From contig CAWKHA010000001.1 in assembly GCA_963849365.1 (NCBI GenBank), positions 451,182 to 515,181 on the forward strand: a DNA stretch of 64,000 nucleotides, in the 5' to 3' direction. This stretch comes from an uncultured Actinomycetota bacterium. Its GTDB lineage: Bacteria > Actinomycetota > Actinomycetes > Prado026. Position 1 is the stretch's first letter. Every line of letters begins with the position of its first letter. The notes beneath the pieces were generated by a model that searched no databases, was not told where the DNA came from, and worked only from the letters and a program-made list of their open reading frames with translations. A program made the translations under genes and the position numbers. Shown one piece after another: positions 9,394 to 18,483 of the stretch.

Positions 9394-10590
9394 GTGCAGA
9401 ACCCCTACCGCGTCCTCCTGGACGTGCGCGGGGGGCCGGCCTTCTCGGCCGCCGCTTTCGTCGCGCGCCTGCCGATCTCGATGCTCGGCATCGCGATCAT
9501 CCTGCTGGTCAGGGCGGACACCGGACGGTACGGGCTGGCCGGCGCCGTCGCCGCGGTCTCGGCGCTGTCGGAGGCGTTCGCGCAGCCGCTGCTGTCGCGT
9601 CTGGTCGACCGGTACGGGCAGTCCAGGGCGGTGCCACCGATGGTCGCGGCCTGCGTCGTGGCCAACGCGGCGTTCGGCTGGCTCGCCACGCACTCCGGGG
9701 CACCCTGGACGCTGTTCGTCACGGCCGCCGTGGCCGGCGCGACGTTCCCCAACACCGGCGCGTTCGTCCGTGCGCGGTGGGCGAACGCCCTGTCCGGGAC
9801 GCCGGCGCTGCAGACGGCATTCTCGGTCGAGTCGATCCTGGACGAGGTGATCTTCGTCCTCGGGCCCCCGCTGGTGACCTGGGTGGCGATCGCCGTGGGG
9901 CCGGCGCAGGCGCTCTTCGTGACCGTCGGGCTGCTCGTCGTCGGGTGCGCCTTGCTGCTGGTGCAACGCAGCACCGAACCACCGCCGTCCGGGGAGAAGC
10001 ACGCCGAGGGACCGTCCGCACTGGGCGTGCCGGGAGTCCGGGCCGTGGTCGCTGTGATGGTCATGCTGGGCGGGGTGTTCGGCTCGTTCGAGATCATCAC
10101 CATCGCCTTCGCCCAGCAGCGCGGCCAACCGGGTGCGGCCGGCCTCCTGCTGGCGCTGAACGCCGCCGGAAGCATGGTCGCGGGGATCGTGTACGGCCTG
10201 CTGCAGCCCCGGACCCCTCCGCAACGACAGCTCGTGCTGCTGGCCTCGCTGGTCCCGTTGACGGTGCTCTCGTTCCCGTTCGTCGGTTCGATCCCGGTGC
10301 TGGCGGTGCTGTCGTTCGTCGCCGGGTTCGTGGTGTCACCGACGCTGATCTGCACGTTCGGCCTGATGGAGGCGCTGGCGCCGGCCGCCCGCCTCACCGA
10401 GGGGCTGACGCTGGCCAGCACCGGGATCGTGTTCGGCGTGAGCATCGGTGCGGCCGTGGCGGGACGGCTGGTCGACGAGATCGGGACACCGCACGCGTAC
10501 GTCTGCACGCTGGTATCCGGCGTGCTGACCGCTCTCGCTGCCTGGGCCGGGCGCCCGTGGCTCGACCCTGCGCGTGAGCTGCCGTCATAG
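9394..10590 (+). CDS. MFS transporter
   Basis: About 12 predicted hydrophobic helices and a typical MFS hydrophobic/charged pattern. GTG start. Confidence 0.7.
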   Translation: MQNPYRVLLDVRGGPAFSAAAFVARLPISMLGIAIILLVRADTGRYGLAGAVAAVSALSEAFAQPLLSRLVDRYGQSRAVPPMVAACVVANAAFGWLATHSGAPWTLFVTAAVAGATFPNTGAFVRARWANALSGTPALQTAFSVESILDEVIFVLGPPLVTWVAIAVGPAQALFVTVGLLVVGCALLLVQRSTEPPPSGEKHAEGPSALGVPGVRAVVAVMVMLGGVFGSFEIITIAFAQQRGQPGAAGLLLALNAAGSMVAGIVYGLLQPRTPPQRQLVLLASLVPLTVLSFPFVGSIPVLAVLSFVAGFVVSPTLICTFGLMEALAPAARLTEGLTLASTGIVFGVSIGAAVAGRLVDEIGTPHAYVCTLVSGVLTALAAWAGRPWLDPARELPS

Positions 10591-10737
10591 CTGCTCGTGG
10601 TGCAGCCAGGTGAGCATGTCCTGCGGCGCCGACGCCGACGCGCGCTGCTGGTAGTGGCGAAGCTCGTCCGGGCTGAGCTGCTCGCGTCCCGAGCCCGACG
10701 AGCGGTACCACACCGGTTGCTCGGCCATCCGGGCACG

Positions 10738-11208
10738 CTACCGAGCGGGCTGTTCGCCGCTCACCGTTCGCGTCTCATCGTCGGCTCGGGCTGGAAACGC
10801 CACCGGCCGGAGTCGCTCGGGAAGGCGCCGGTACTGCCAGTCACGTTCCGCGGCCGCGGCGCCAGCCGCCTCGGTGCGGTCGGCGGCCGAGCTCGCGGCC
10901 TTGACGGCGTAGGCGGCCGCATGCCGGGCATGGCCGGCGACGTGAGCGGTTCCGGCGGCCTGTCCGGCCGCTCGGGCAGCCGCGCGAGCCGCAGCGTGAT
11001 CGGCCTCGCGGGCGGCGGCGTGGGCGGCGATCGCCGCGGTGCGCACCTCGCTCACGGTCGCCTCACCACGCGCCCAGGCGCGACCGGCCTCGACGGCCTT
11101 CCGGGGCCGGTCGTCGTGCGTGTGATCCTCGAAGTTCGCGAGCACGTGCTCCGCACAGTCAGCGGCCCAGAGCGTCAACGCCCGGTGGTCCGCCCTGTCG
11201 AGTCTCAT
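10738..11208 (-). CDS. Hypothetical Ala-rich protein with a conserved N-terminal LxLWAADCAEHVL motif (possibly an orphan immunity-like protein)
   Basis: The translation is protein-like (W, Y, D, E residues). The plus-strand alternative ORF is R/G-rich junk. The family assignment is from memory only. Confidence 0.4.
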   Translation of the reverse strand: MRLDRADHRALTLWAADCAEHVLANFEDHTHDDRPRKAVEAGRAWARGEATVSEVRTAAIAAHAAAREADHAAARAAARAAGQAAGTAHVAGHARHAAAYAVKAASSAADRTEAAGAAAAERDWQYRRLPERLRPVAFPARADDETRTVSGEQPAR

Positions 11209-11965
11209 GTCTGAGCCGCGGCCCTCGAGCGGTCACCCGTCATGTGTGCATCCTGCCCGCACGAGCGGCGCGCGCGACTCGCCGATCATCCACGGCCGAG
11301 CTGGTGGGTGCTCGTCGTCCACACAGGTGCGGGGGCCGGTCGACGGCCGGAGTGGGGGCGGCCAGGGTTGGCGGATGTCTTCGGATCCTGCTGTCGGCGG
11401 TGTCGACGTGTCCGGTCTGGTGTTCTTGCCCGGGCTGGACGCGTTGCAGCGCTGCCCGGACGGCACGGTGGAGCCGCTGGCCCGGGCCCAGAAGGCCCGC
11501 ACGGACCTGTGGGTACGCACAAGCCCGGCTGACACCGACACCGCCTGGCTGGACGCGCACCTGCCCGCCGAGGACGCCGCCGCGATCCGCACCGCCCTGG
11601 ACGCCGCCGCCACCACCATGGCCGCCCGCGACGGGGAGACCCGCAGCAAGGACCAGCTCCGCGCAGCCGCGCTGGCGGCACCGTCTTGGACCGCGCTGGC
11701 CACCGGCACCCTGACCACCCCGGACGGGGCACTGCCGCTGACCTCGGCCCATGGGCAGGCCCCCGCGCTCGAAGTCACCGCCGCAGCCTCGCCCCAGGAT
11801 GTCCCCCAGCTACGCGACCACGGCCCGATCACCCCGGACCTGGGCCGGGACCTGGCCTGCCGCACCCGCACCGGCCCCCGCCCCGTCGTACGCGTCATCG
11901 ACCCGGTCGACTCCGCCCAAGCCACCTGCATCGCCGAGCAATGGCCCGAAGAACCCCTCCACTGA
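11207..11965 (+). pseudogene. Truncated DUF222 (13E12-repeat, HNH-endonuclease family) fragment lacking the HNH domain
   Basis: The C-terminal piece GPITPDLGRDLACRT…RVIDPVDS resembles the DUF222 segment just upstream of the HNH domain, and the ORF stops before any HNH motif. The N-terminal region is low-complexity. Confidence 0.35.
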
Positions 11966-11992
11966 GCAAGCGCCACACAGGGCGTAGTGACA

Positions 11993-12030
11993 TTGTCTTA
12001 CAGAATGTCGTATCCTTGTCGTATGTCTGT
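11993..12030 (+). promoter_or_regulatory. Three direct repeats TTGTCTTA / ATGTCGTA / TTGTCGTA at 12-bp phase, flanked by ACAGA…TCTGT, abutting the antitoxin start; candidate autoregulatory operator and leaderless promoter (-10-like TATCCT)
   Basis: Read directly. The 12-bp periodicity fits the way RHH dimers bind repeats, and no SD-like sequence precedes the ATG at 12023. Confidence 0.35.
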
Positions 12031-12253
12031 TGTGAACTTCAGGACCGATGAACGCTCCGAACAGGCCCTGGCCGAACTGACGGCCGACGGATCAAGCGTC
12101 TCGGACGCCATTCGCCAAGCTCTCGTGGACGCCGTACGCCTGCGCCGGAGGGAGCAGATGCGGCGAGAGTCCGCTGAGCTCGCCGCCGACCCCCAGGATC
12201 GTGCCGAGAGCCGACGAATCCTCAAGGAGATGGACGAGCTTCGTGCGTGGTGA
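12023..12253 (+). CDS. Ribbon-helix-helix (CopG/MazE-like) antitoxin
   Basis: N-terminal beta-strand MSVVNFRTDE followed by two helices (SEQALAEL…, SDAIRQALVDAV) is the classic RHH fold. Its stop overlaps the toxin start. Confidence 0.75.
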   Translation: MSVVNFRTDERSEQALAELTADGSSVSDAIRQALVDAVRLRRREQMRRESAELAADPQDRAESRRILKEMDELRAW

Positions 12254-12557
12254 CGTCCACCGCCTCCGCGCCCCTCGTGGCGCCCGAGGAAGCGAACAAC
12301 GCGGCGCCCGGTACGCAGTGATCGTCCAGTCGGACGACCTCTTGCTCTCGACCATCCTCGTCGCGCCCACGTCTCGGTCGGCGGCACCGCGGATCTTCAG
12401 GCCGACGATCATGGTCGGTGACGACGAGACGCAGGTGCTCGTCGAGCAGACGGCCGCGGTGGACCACGAACGACTCGGGCCTCTGGTCGGCCACGTCAGC
12501 CGTGCCGAGCTGGACGCGATCGACGCCGCCCTCCGCCTTGCCCTCCAACTCGACTGA
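12243..12557 (+). CDS. mazF: MazF/PemK-family mRNA interferase toxin
   Basis: RGDVHRL…RYAVIVQSD…STILVAPTS…QTAAVDHERL is colinear with MazF/PemK toxins. The GTG start overlaps the antitoxin stop by about 11 nt. Confidence 0.8.
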   Translation: MRGDVHRLRAPRGARGSEQRGARYAVIVQSDDLLLSTILVAPTSRSAAPRIFRPTIMVGDDETQVLVEQTAAVDHERLGPLVGHVSRAELDAIDAALRLALQLD

Positions 12558-12583
12558 GGTCTCAGCAAGACGGTCAACCTCAG
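12554..12583 (+). terminator. Hairpin CTGAGGT-N16-ACCTCAG overlapping the mazF stop codon
   Basis: 7-bp inverted repeat read directly. There is no U-tract, as is common in high-GC genomes. Confidence 0.3.
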
Positions 12584-12836
12584 CCCACCATGCCGACGCC
12601 ACCACCGCTACAAACAACACCCGCCGTCCAGCTCCGACAACCCACACCCGGCCACTTCATCTGGACCATGCCAACCGGCCACCAGTACCGAGTCCGACCA
12701 CCCGCCGACGACGACTGACCGGCGCCCCCCGGGACCCACCTCCGGCACGCTCAGTGACGAAAGTGAACCGTGGGAGACTGCGGGCCCCGTAGGGTCGTAG
12801 CGTGGCCCGCACCAGCCACGCTGGGAGGCATCGGGC

Positions 12837-13766
12837 ATGGAGGATCTGAGGCTCGTCGGCGTGAGCGACGACGGCTCGAAGCTCGTCATCGAGTCTGCCG
12901 GTGGCGAGCGCTTCGGGCTGCCCGTCGACGAGCGCGTGCACGCCGCCCTCCGAGGTGATCGCGCCCGGCTCGGGCAGCTCCAGATCGCGATCGAGGGCCA
13001 GCTGCGGCCCAGGGAGATCCAGTCGCGGATCCGCGCGGGTGAGACCGCTGAGGAGATCGCCGCGCAGGCCGGGCTGCCGGTCGACCGGGTGCGGCGCTAC
13101 GAGGGTCCGATCCTGCTGGAACGAACGGTCGTCGCACAGGACGCGCAGACCGTGGGCGTCCGGCGGGTGACCGACTCGGCGACGACGCCGTTGGGAGTCC
13201 TGGTGCGCGCCCGGCTGGAGGGTCACCAGGTCGACGAGGAGTCGATGGACTGGGACTCGTGGCTGCACGCCGACGGCCGCTGGCTGGTCCGGCTGGCCTA
13301 CGCGGCGAACGGCCAGCAGCGCGCGGCGACCTGGCTGTACGACCCCGGACGCCGCACCATGGAACCTGCGGACGACGAGGCGCGCTGGCTGACGGACGAG
13401 GAGCGGGCGGCGAAGGAGCCACCGCGGGCGCGGGCGTCGCGGCTGGCCGCGGTACCGGCCGAGGAGCCGGACGCGGAGGTCGGCCGGCACGACACGGTCC
13501 CGCTCGCGGCCCAGCGCCGCCCGCGAGCCGTGCCCGACCCGGTGCCCGCACCGGACGAAGACGCGGCCGAGGACGGCGGCGATGACGGCGCTGCATCCGC
13601 TACGGACGAGGCACGGCCGGACGCGGCCGACGACGTTCCCGAGCAGCCCCCCGCGGTACGTCCCGCCGAACGGGCCAACCCACGGGGGCGGCCGGGTGGC
13701 AAGCGCCCAGCTGTGCCGAGCTGGGACGAGATCCTCTTCGGCGGACCGAAGCGCGACGCCGACTGA
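12837..13766 (+). CDS. sepH: Septation protein SepH (DUF3071)
   Basis: N-terminus MEDLRLVGVSDDGSKLVIESAGGERFGLPVDERVHAALRGDRARLGQ matches the conserved DUF3071/SepH N-domain. The acidic/Pro-rich tail with a basic C-terminus also fits. GGGAGG RBS upstream. Confidence 0.75.
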   Translation: MEDLRLVGVSDDGSKLVIESAGGERFGLPVDERVHAALRGDRARLGQLQIAIEGQLRPREIQSRIRAGETAEEIAAQAGLPVDRVRRYEGPILLERTVVAQDAQTVGVRRVTDSATTPLGVLVRARLEGHQVDEESMDWDSWLHADGRWLVRLAYAANGQQRAATWLYDPGRRTMEPADDEARWLTDEERAAKEPPRARASRLAAVPAEEPDAEVGRHDTVPLAAQRRPRAVPDPVPAPDEDAAEDGGDDGAASATDEARPDAADDVPEQPPAVRPAERANPRGRPGGKRPAVPSWDEILFGGPKRDAD

Positions 13767-13819
13767 CGATCGCCCGGCGGGGCTACGGGACCCGTTCGCT
13801 GCCGGTGCTGGTCACGGCC

Positions 13820-14941
13820 TCACCCGGCCGCGAGCAGCAGTGGCACGAGCACCTCGTCGGGGGTGGTGGAGCCGTGGTAGCCGATCAGTCTGGCCTCGCG
13901 CGGGTGCATCCGGGTGGCGACCACGGCGTTCGTCCCGGTCGGCGCGACGACGACGTCGCCGATGCGCGGCAGGACGGAAGCGGCGACTTCCGTGCCGAAC
14001 CAGCCCAAGCCCACCGCCTCGTCCCGGGAGAGCACCTGCGCGCCGTCCCCCAGCCGTTCCCGCCAGGCCGACAGGACGTCGGCGGCGGCACCGTCGCGCG
14101 CGTACACATGCCGGGCCCGGGGCTCGCCGCCGAGCAGGCGTACGCCGGCCGACAGCAACGGCTCGTTGTCGAAGTCGACCCGGTCGTCGGGCCCGACGTC
14201 GACCATGCCGTGGTCGGCGGTGACGATCAGGAGCCCGTCCGGCGGCAGGGTCCGGTGCAGCTGCCGCACGAAGAGGTCGACCTGTTCGAGCTGGGCCCGC
14301 CATCCGTCGGACCCGCAGCCCCTGATGTGCCCGACGTTGTCGAGGTCGCCGGTGTAGACGTAGACCAGCGAGCGCCCGGGCCGGGCCACGGTCTGGGCGG
14401 TGACCTGCACGGCCTCGCCGAGGGTGTCGGCGCCGGGGTACCGAGCGCCTCGCAGTGCGGCCCGGGTCAGGCCGCTGCCCTCGAAGGAGCGCTGGGCGAC
14501 GTGCGACACGTCGACTCCGGCGTCGGCGGCGCGTTCGAACAGGGTGGGCAAGGGCTGCACGTCGAGCGGGTCGGCGCTGGTGTCCCAGCGCAGGGCGTTG
14601 AGCACGCCGTCGTGCCCCGGCAGCACGAACGTGTATCCGACGAGGCCGTGCCGGCCTGCCGCCGCGCCGGTCCCGAAGCTGGCCATCGACGTCACCGTGG
14701 TCGACGGGAAGCCGACCGACACCGGCTCCGCGCCGCCGGCCACGAGCTCCGCCAGGAACGGCGCCGCGTCGAGGTTGGCGAGCAGCAGGTTCCAGCCCAG
14801 GCCGTCGACGAGCAGGACGACGACGTGACGCACGTCCCGCGTTCCCGTCGCGGCGGACAGGCTCAGCGAGTCGCGGCCCCCCGGGACGCCGAGCAGGGCC
14901 GCCGCGGAAGGAAGGACGTCGGCCAGACTGCCAGCAGTCAC
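13820..14941 (-). CDS. Alkaline phosphatase-family protein (nucleotide pyrophosphatase/phosphodiesterase type)
   Basis: Motifs VVLLVDGLGWNLL, TVTSMASFGTG and …IVTADHGM. I chose the GTG start at 14941. The 150 upstream codons of the track ORF are R-rich and overlap the upstream gene. Confidence 0.75.
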   Translation of the reverse strand: MTAGSLADVLPSAAALLGVPGGRDSLSLSAATGTRDVRHVVVLLVDGLGWNLLLANLDAAPFLAELVAGGAEPVSVGFPSTTVTSMASFGTGAAAGRHGLVGYTFVLPGHDGVLNALRWDTSADPLDVQPLPTLFERAADAGVDVSHVAQRSFEGSGLTRAALRGARYPGADTLGEAVQVTAQTVARPGRSLVYVYTGDLDNVGHIRGCGSDGWRAQLEQVDLFVRQLHRTLPPDGLLIVTADHGMVDVGPDDRVDFDNEPLLSAGVRLLGGEPRARHVYARDGAAADVLSAWRERLGDGAQVLSRDEAVGLGWFGTEVAASVLPRIGDVVVAPTGTNAVVATRMHPREARLIGYHGSTTPDEVLVPLLLAAG

Positions 14942-15528
14942 CTGGACAGTCGCGTGGTGGCGGCGGACAGGGCTCGCGCGAACTCCACGGCGCGCAGCAC
15001 GGCCTCGGCGCCGTCGCCCTCGGCGGAGACCCGCACGCTCAGGTCGTCGGCGGTCGAGGTCCCGGTGTAGCCGTGGTCCGCTTCGCACTCGGGATCCCCG
15101 CAGGTGGCCGGCTCGAGGTCGAGCCGGGAGACGGCCCCCCAGCCGACCGTGACGACGACGTCTCTGGCGGCCGTGCCGGCGCGATGACCGGCGGGCTCGG
15201 CGAGGGTCCGGCTGACGACGACCGAGCTGATCCGGTCGATCGGCACGGCCTCCGTCGACGTGGTCGCGTACGGGACGGGGCACGTGTCGTCGGCGGGGTG
15301 GTCGTCGGTGTGGGCGACGACCAACCGGCTCCCGGTGAGCACCAGGATCGTCACGTGGCGGCGCAGCTCGTCGCGGTCGAAGGTGGCCTCGTGGTGGACG
15401 AGCCACGACTGGACGGCTTCACCGGCGACGGCTGTCTCGACCGTCTCGGACACCAGCTCGGGGTAGTAGCCGGCGTGCTCGATGGCAGCCCGCAGCCCGC
15501 CGCCCAGGGTCGTGGCGCTGTCGCTCAT
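14938..15528 (-). CDS. Conserved hypothetical protein (DUF5998-like) cotranscribed with the phosphatase
   Basis: ATG at 15528 gives a protein-like sequence MSDSATTLGGGLRAAIEHAGYYPELV…. Its stop overlaps the downstream start. Confidence 0.55.
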   Translation of the reverse strand: MSDSATTLGGGLRAAIEHAGYYPELVSETVETAVAGEAVQSWLVHHEATFDRDELRRHVTILVLTGSRLVVAHTDDHPADDTCPVPYATTSTEAVPIDRISSVVVSRTLAEPAGHRAGTAARDVVVTVGWGAVSRLDLEPATCGDPECEADHGYTGTSTADDLSVRVSAEGDGAEAVLRAVEFARALSAATTRLSR

Positions 15529-15792
15529 GCGCGGGAGTCTCCCACGGGTGCCGGCCCGGCGACGGTCCGCCCGTCCTGGGCGGGGGTGAGCACGTGGCGC
15601 AGCCGCAGCGCGGCCGCGCCCGCTGCCAGACTGCCGGCCGTCACCACGACGATCCACAAGGCTGGCCGGCCGGTGCCGATCAGCAAGCCGGCGAGGGCGG
15701 GCCGTTCCCCAGTGCGGAGAACGCGCTGGCCACCAGCAGCCGGCGGGCCGGGGCCGGCAACCGGGTGGCGGCGACGCCCGGCCGGCCTGCGC

Positions 15793-18474
15793 TCACCCGA
15801 GCCGCCGCGCGGGACCGTCCCGCCGCTCGGCCGGCGGGGCCAGCGCGGCGGCCGCGGCCAGCACCGCCACCCCGGACGCCTGCGCCAGCGCCGGGTTCAG
15901 CTCGAGCGAGGCGACCTCCGGCAGGTCGTACGCGAGCCGCCCGATCCGCAGCACCAGGTCTTCGAGCGCCGCGATGTCCGCGGCCGGGGCGCCGCGGTGG
16001 CCGAACAGCAGCGGCGCGGTCCTGGGCCCGCGGACCAGGGCCGCCGCGTCGTGCTGCGCCAGCGGCGGGATCCGGTAGGCCCGGTCGACGGCGAGCTCGG
16101 CGACGATCCCGCCGACCCCGAACGACACGACCGGGCCGAACAGGAGGTCCTCGACCGTGGCGACGACGCACGGGACCCCCGTGCCGGCCATCCGCTGGAC
16201 GACCAGGGTCGCCGTCACCGCAGCGCCGAAGTCGGCGGTCATGGCCGCGAAGGCCCGGCGCACCGCTTGCTCGTCGGCGAGGTCCAGACGCACCGCCCCC
16301 AGGTCGCCGCGGTGCTCCAGCGACGGCACCGTCGTCTTGAGCACCACCGGGAACCCCAGCCGGACCGCCGTCTGGACCGCCTCGTCGGCGCTGGCGACCG
16401 GCACCGACTCCCACAACGGCACGCCGTAGCAGGCCAGCAGCCGGGCGAGCGCGGCCGGTTGGAGGGGACCCCCGGCCGGCGACCGCTCGAGCTCGGCCTC
16501 CACCAGGGCCCGTGCCGCCGGCGCGTCGACGCCGTCCAGCTCGGGCGGCAGGTCGTGCGGGGCCCGCCGCCACTCCACGTAGCTGCACACCGCCGCCAGC
16601 GCGTGCACGGCGTCCTCCACCGTGCCGTAGGCCGGCACGGACCCGAACACCGCAGCGCCCTCCCCACCCACGCGAGCCAGCAGCGTCGGCGATCCCTCGA
16701 CCGCCAGCACGGTCGCCAGCACCGGCTTGGTGGAACGGGCCGCGATCCGGGCGACCTGGCGGGCGACGGCGCGGCTGGTGGACCCGACGGACGGCAGGAA
16801 CAGCGCGAGCACGGCGTCGACCGCGGGGTCGTCGACGAGGGCCGCCAGCAGCTGCGGGAACGCGGCCGGCTCGTCGCCCGGCCCCAGCGTGCGCGGCTCC
16901 CCCACCACCTCGAGCCCGCGGTCGGAGCAGGCGTCGGCGGCCAGGACGGCCAGCGCGTCGGAGTTCCCGACGATCGCGACGCGGCGGCCGGCCGGCAGCG
17001 GCTGGAACGTGAGCAGCTCGGCGACGTCGAACAGCTCGGCGAGCGTGTCGACCTGGATCACCCCCGACTGCGCGAACATCGCGTCGACCGCGGCCGGGGG
17101 CAGGGCGCTGCGCCGGACGGTGTGCCCCAGCGGGATGCCCTGGGAGGACCGGCCCGACTTCACCGCGACGATCGGCTTCCTCAGCGACGTACGCCGCGCG
17201 ATCCTGCTGAACTTGCGCGGGTTCCCGATCGACTCCAGGTACAGCAGCAGCACGTCGGTGGCCGGGTCGTCCTCCCAGTACTGGATCAGGTCGTTCCCGC
17301 TGACGTCGGCCCGGTTGCCGGCCGAGACGAACGTCGACAGTCCCAGGCCGCGGGCGGTGATGCGCTGCAGCAGGGCCACCCCGAGCGCGCCCGACTGCGA
17401 GAAGAACCCGATCCGGCCGCGGCCGGGCACGACCGGCGACAGGGAGGCGTTCAGCCGGACTCCGGGGTCGGTGTTGACGATCCCCAGGCAGTTCGGCCCG
17501 ATCACCCGCATCCCGTCCGAGCGGGCACGGTTGACCAGCTCGGCCTGCAGCTCCCGCCCGGCCGGCCCGGTCTCCGCGAAGCCCGCGCTGATGACGACCA
17601 GACCGCGGACCCCGGCAGCGGCACAGTCCGCGGCGGCGCCCAGCACGTCAGCGGCGGGGACCGCGACGACGGCCAGCTCCACCGGCTCGCCGATGTCGGC
17701 CACGCTGGAGCGAGGGACATGGCCGGCGACCTTCTCGCCGGCGGCGGCAGCGCGCGGGTTGACCACATGGACGGGCCCGGTGAAGCCGGCAGCGTCCAGG
17801 TGCCGCAGCACGACTCGGCCGGCCGAGGCTGCCCGGTGCCCGGCACCCAGCACGACGACGGACGTGGGCGCCAGCAGGCGCTCGACCGAACGGGCCTCGG
17901 CCCGGTGTTCGCGGGCTTCCATCACCGCGAGTGAGTCCGGTGTGGGCGCGATCGCGAACTCGAGGGTGTAGTAGCCCTCGTCCAGCGACGTGCTGGGCGC
18001 GTAGCCCGCCTCCCGGAACACGTGCAGCATCCGTACGTTGTCCGGCAGCACCGCGGCGACGAACCGCCGCACGCCCCGCTCCCGGGCCGCCGCCGCCAGA
18101 TGCTCCAGCAGCACCGACCCGAGCCCGCGTCCCTGGTAGTCGTCCCGGACGGTGAACGCGACCTCGGCGTCGGCCTGCTCGCCCGGGAGGCGGTCGTACC
18201 GGGTGACGCCGACGATCTCGTCGTGCACGGTCGCGACGAGCGCCACCCGGCTGTCGTGGTCGACGTGGGTGAACCGCTCCACGTCGCGCGCGGTCAGCGT
18301 CGGGTACGGCGCGAAGAACCGGTAGTAGACGGTCTGCGGCGAAAGCCGCCCGTGGAAGTCGCGCAGCCGCTCGTCGTCGTCGACGTGGATCGGGCGCAGG
18401 TGCGCGGTGCTGCCGTCGCGCAGCACGACGTCGGCCTCCCAGTGGAGCGGGTAGCCGGGCTCGCCTTCGGACAC
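15793..18474 (-). CDS. PatA-like protein: N-terminal GNAT acyltransferase fused to an NDP-forming acyl-CoA synthetase-like (CoA-binding + ATP-grasp) domain
   Basis: GNAT motifs (…YYRFF…, QGRGLGSVLLEHL) at the N-terminus. These are followed by a succinyl-CoA-synthetase-like CoA-binding region and ATP-grasp region, i.e. the domain order reversed relative to enterobacterial Pat. Confidence 0.8.
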   Translation of the reverse strand: MSEGEPGYPLHWEADVVLRDGSTAHLRPIHVDDDERLRDFHGRLSPQTVYYRFFAPYPTLTARDVERFTHVDHDSRVALVATVHDEIVGVTRYDRLPGEQADAEVAFTVRDDYQGRGLGSVLLEHLAAAARERGVRRFVAAVLPDNVRMLHVFREAGYAPSTSLDEGYYTLEFAIAPTPDSLAVMEAREHRAEARSVERLLAPTSVVVLGAGHRAASAGRVVLRHLDAAGFTGPVHVVNPRAAAAGEKVAGHVPRSSVADIGEPVELAVVAVPAADVLGAAADCAAAGVRGLVVISAGFAETGPAGRELQAELVNRARSDGMRVIGPNCLGIVNTDPGVRLNASLSPVVPGRGRIGFFSQSGALGVALLQRITARGLGLSTFVSAGNRADVSGNDLIQYWEDDPATDVLLLYLESIGNPRKFSRIARRTSLRKPIVAVKSGRSSQGIPLGHTVRRSALPPAAVDAMFAQSGVIQVDTLAELFDVAELLTFQPLPAGRRVAIVGNSDALAVLAADACSDRGLEVVGEPRTLGPGDEPAAFPQLLAALVDDPAVDAVLALFLPSVGSTSRAVARQVARIAARSTKPVLATVLAVEGSPTLLARVGGEGAAVFGSVPAYGTVEDAVHALAAVCSYVEWRRAPHDLPPELDGVDAPAARALVEAELERSPAGGPLQPAALARLLACYGVPLWESVPVASADEAVQTAVRLGFPVVLKTTVPSLEHRGDLGAVRLDLADEQAVRRAFAAMTADFGAAVTATLVVQRMAGTGVPCVVATVEDLLFGPVVSFGVGGIVAELAVDRAYRIPPLAQHDAAALVRGPRTAPLLFGHRGAPAADIAALEDLVLRIGRLAYDLPEVASLELNPALAQASGVAVLAAAAALAPPAERRDGPARRLG

Positions 18475-18483
18475 CCGGCGAGG

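Noticed and set aside
10281-10300. tRNA T-loop-like GGTTCGATCC motif
   Set aside because: It lies inside the MFS coding frame with no flanking T-stem or acceptor-stem complementarity. No tRNA cloverleaf could be built.
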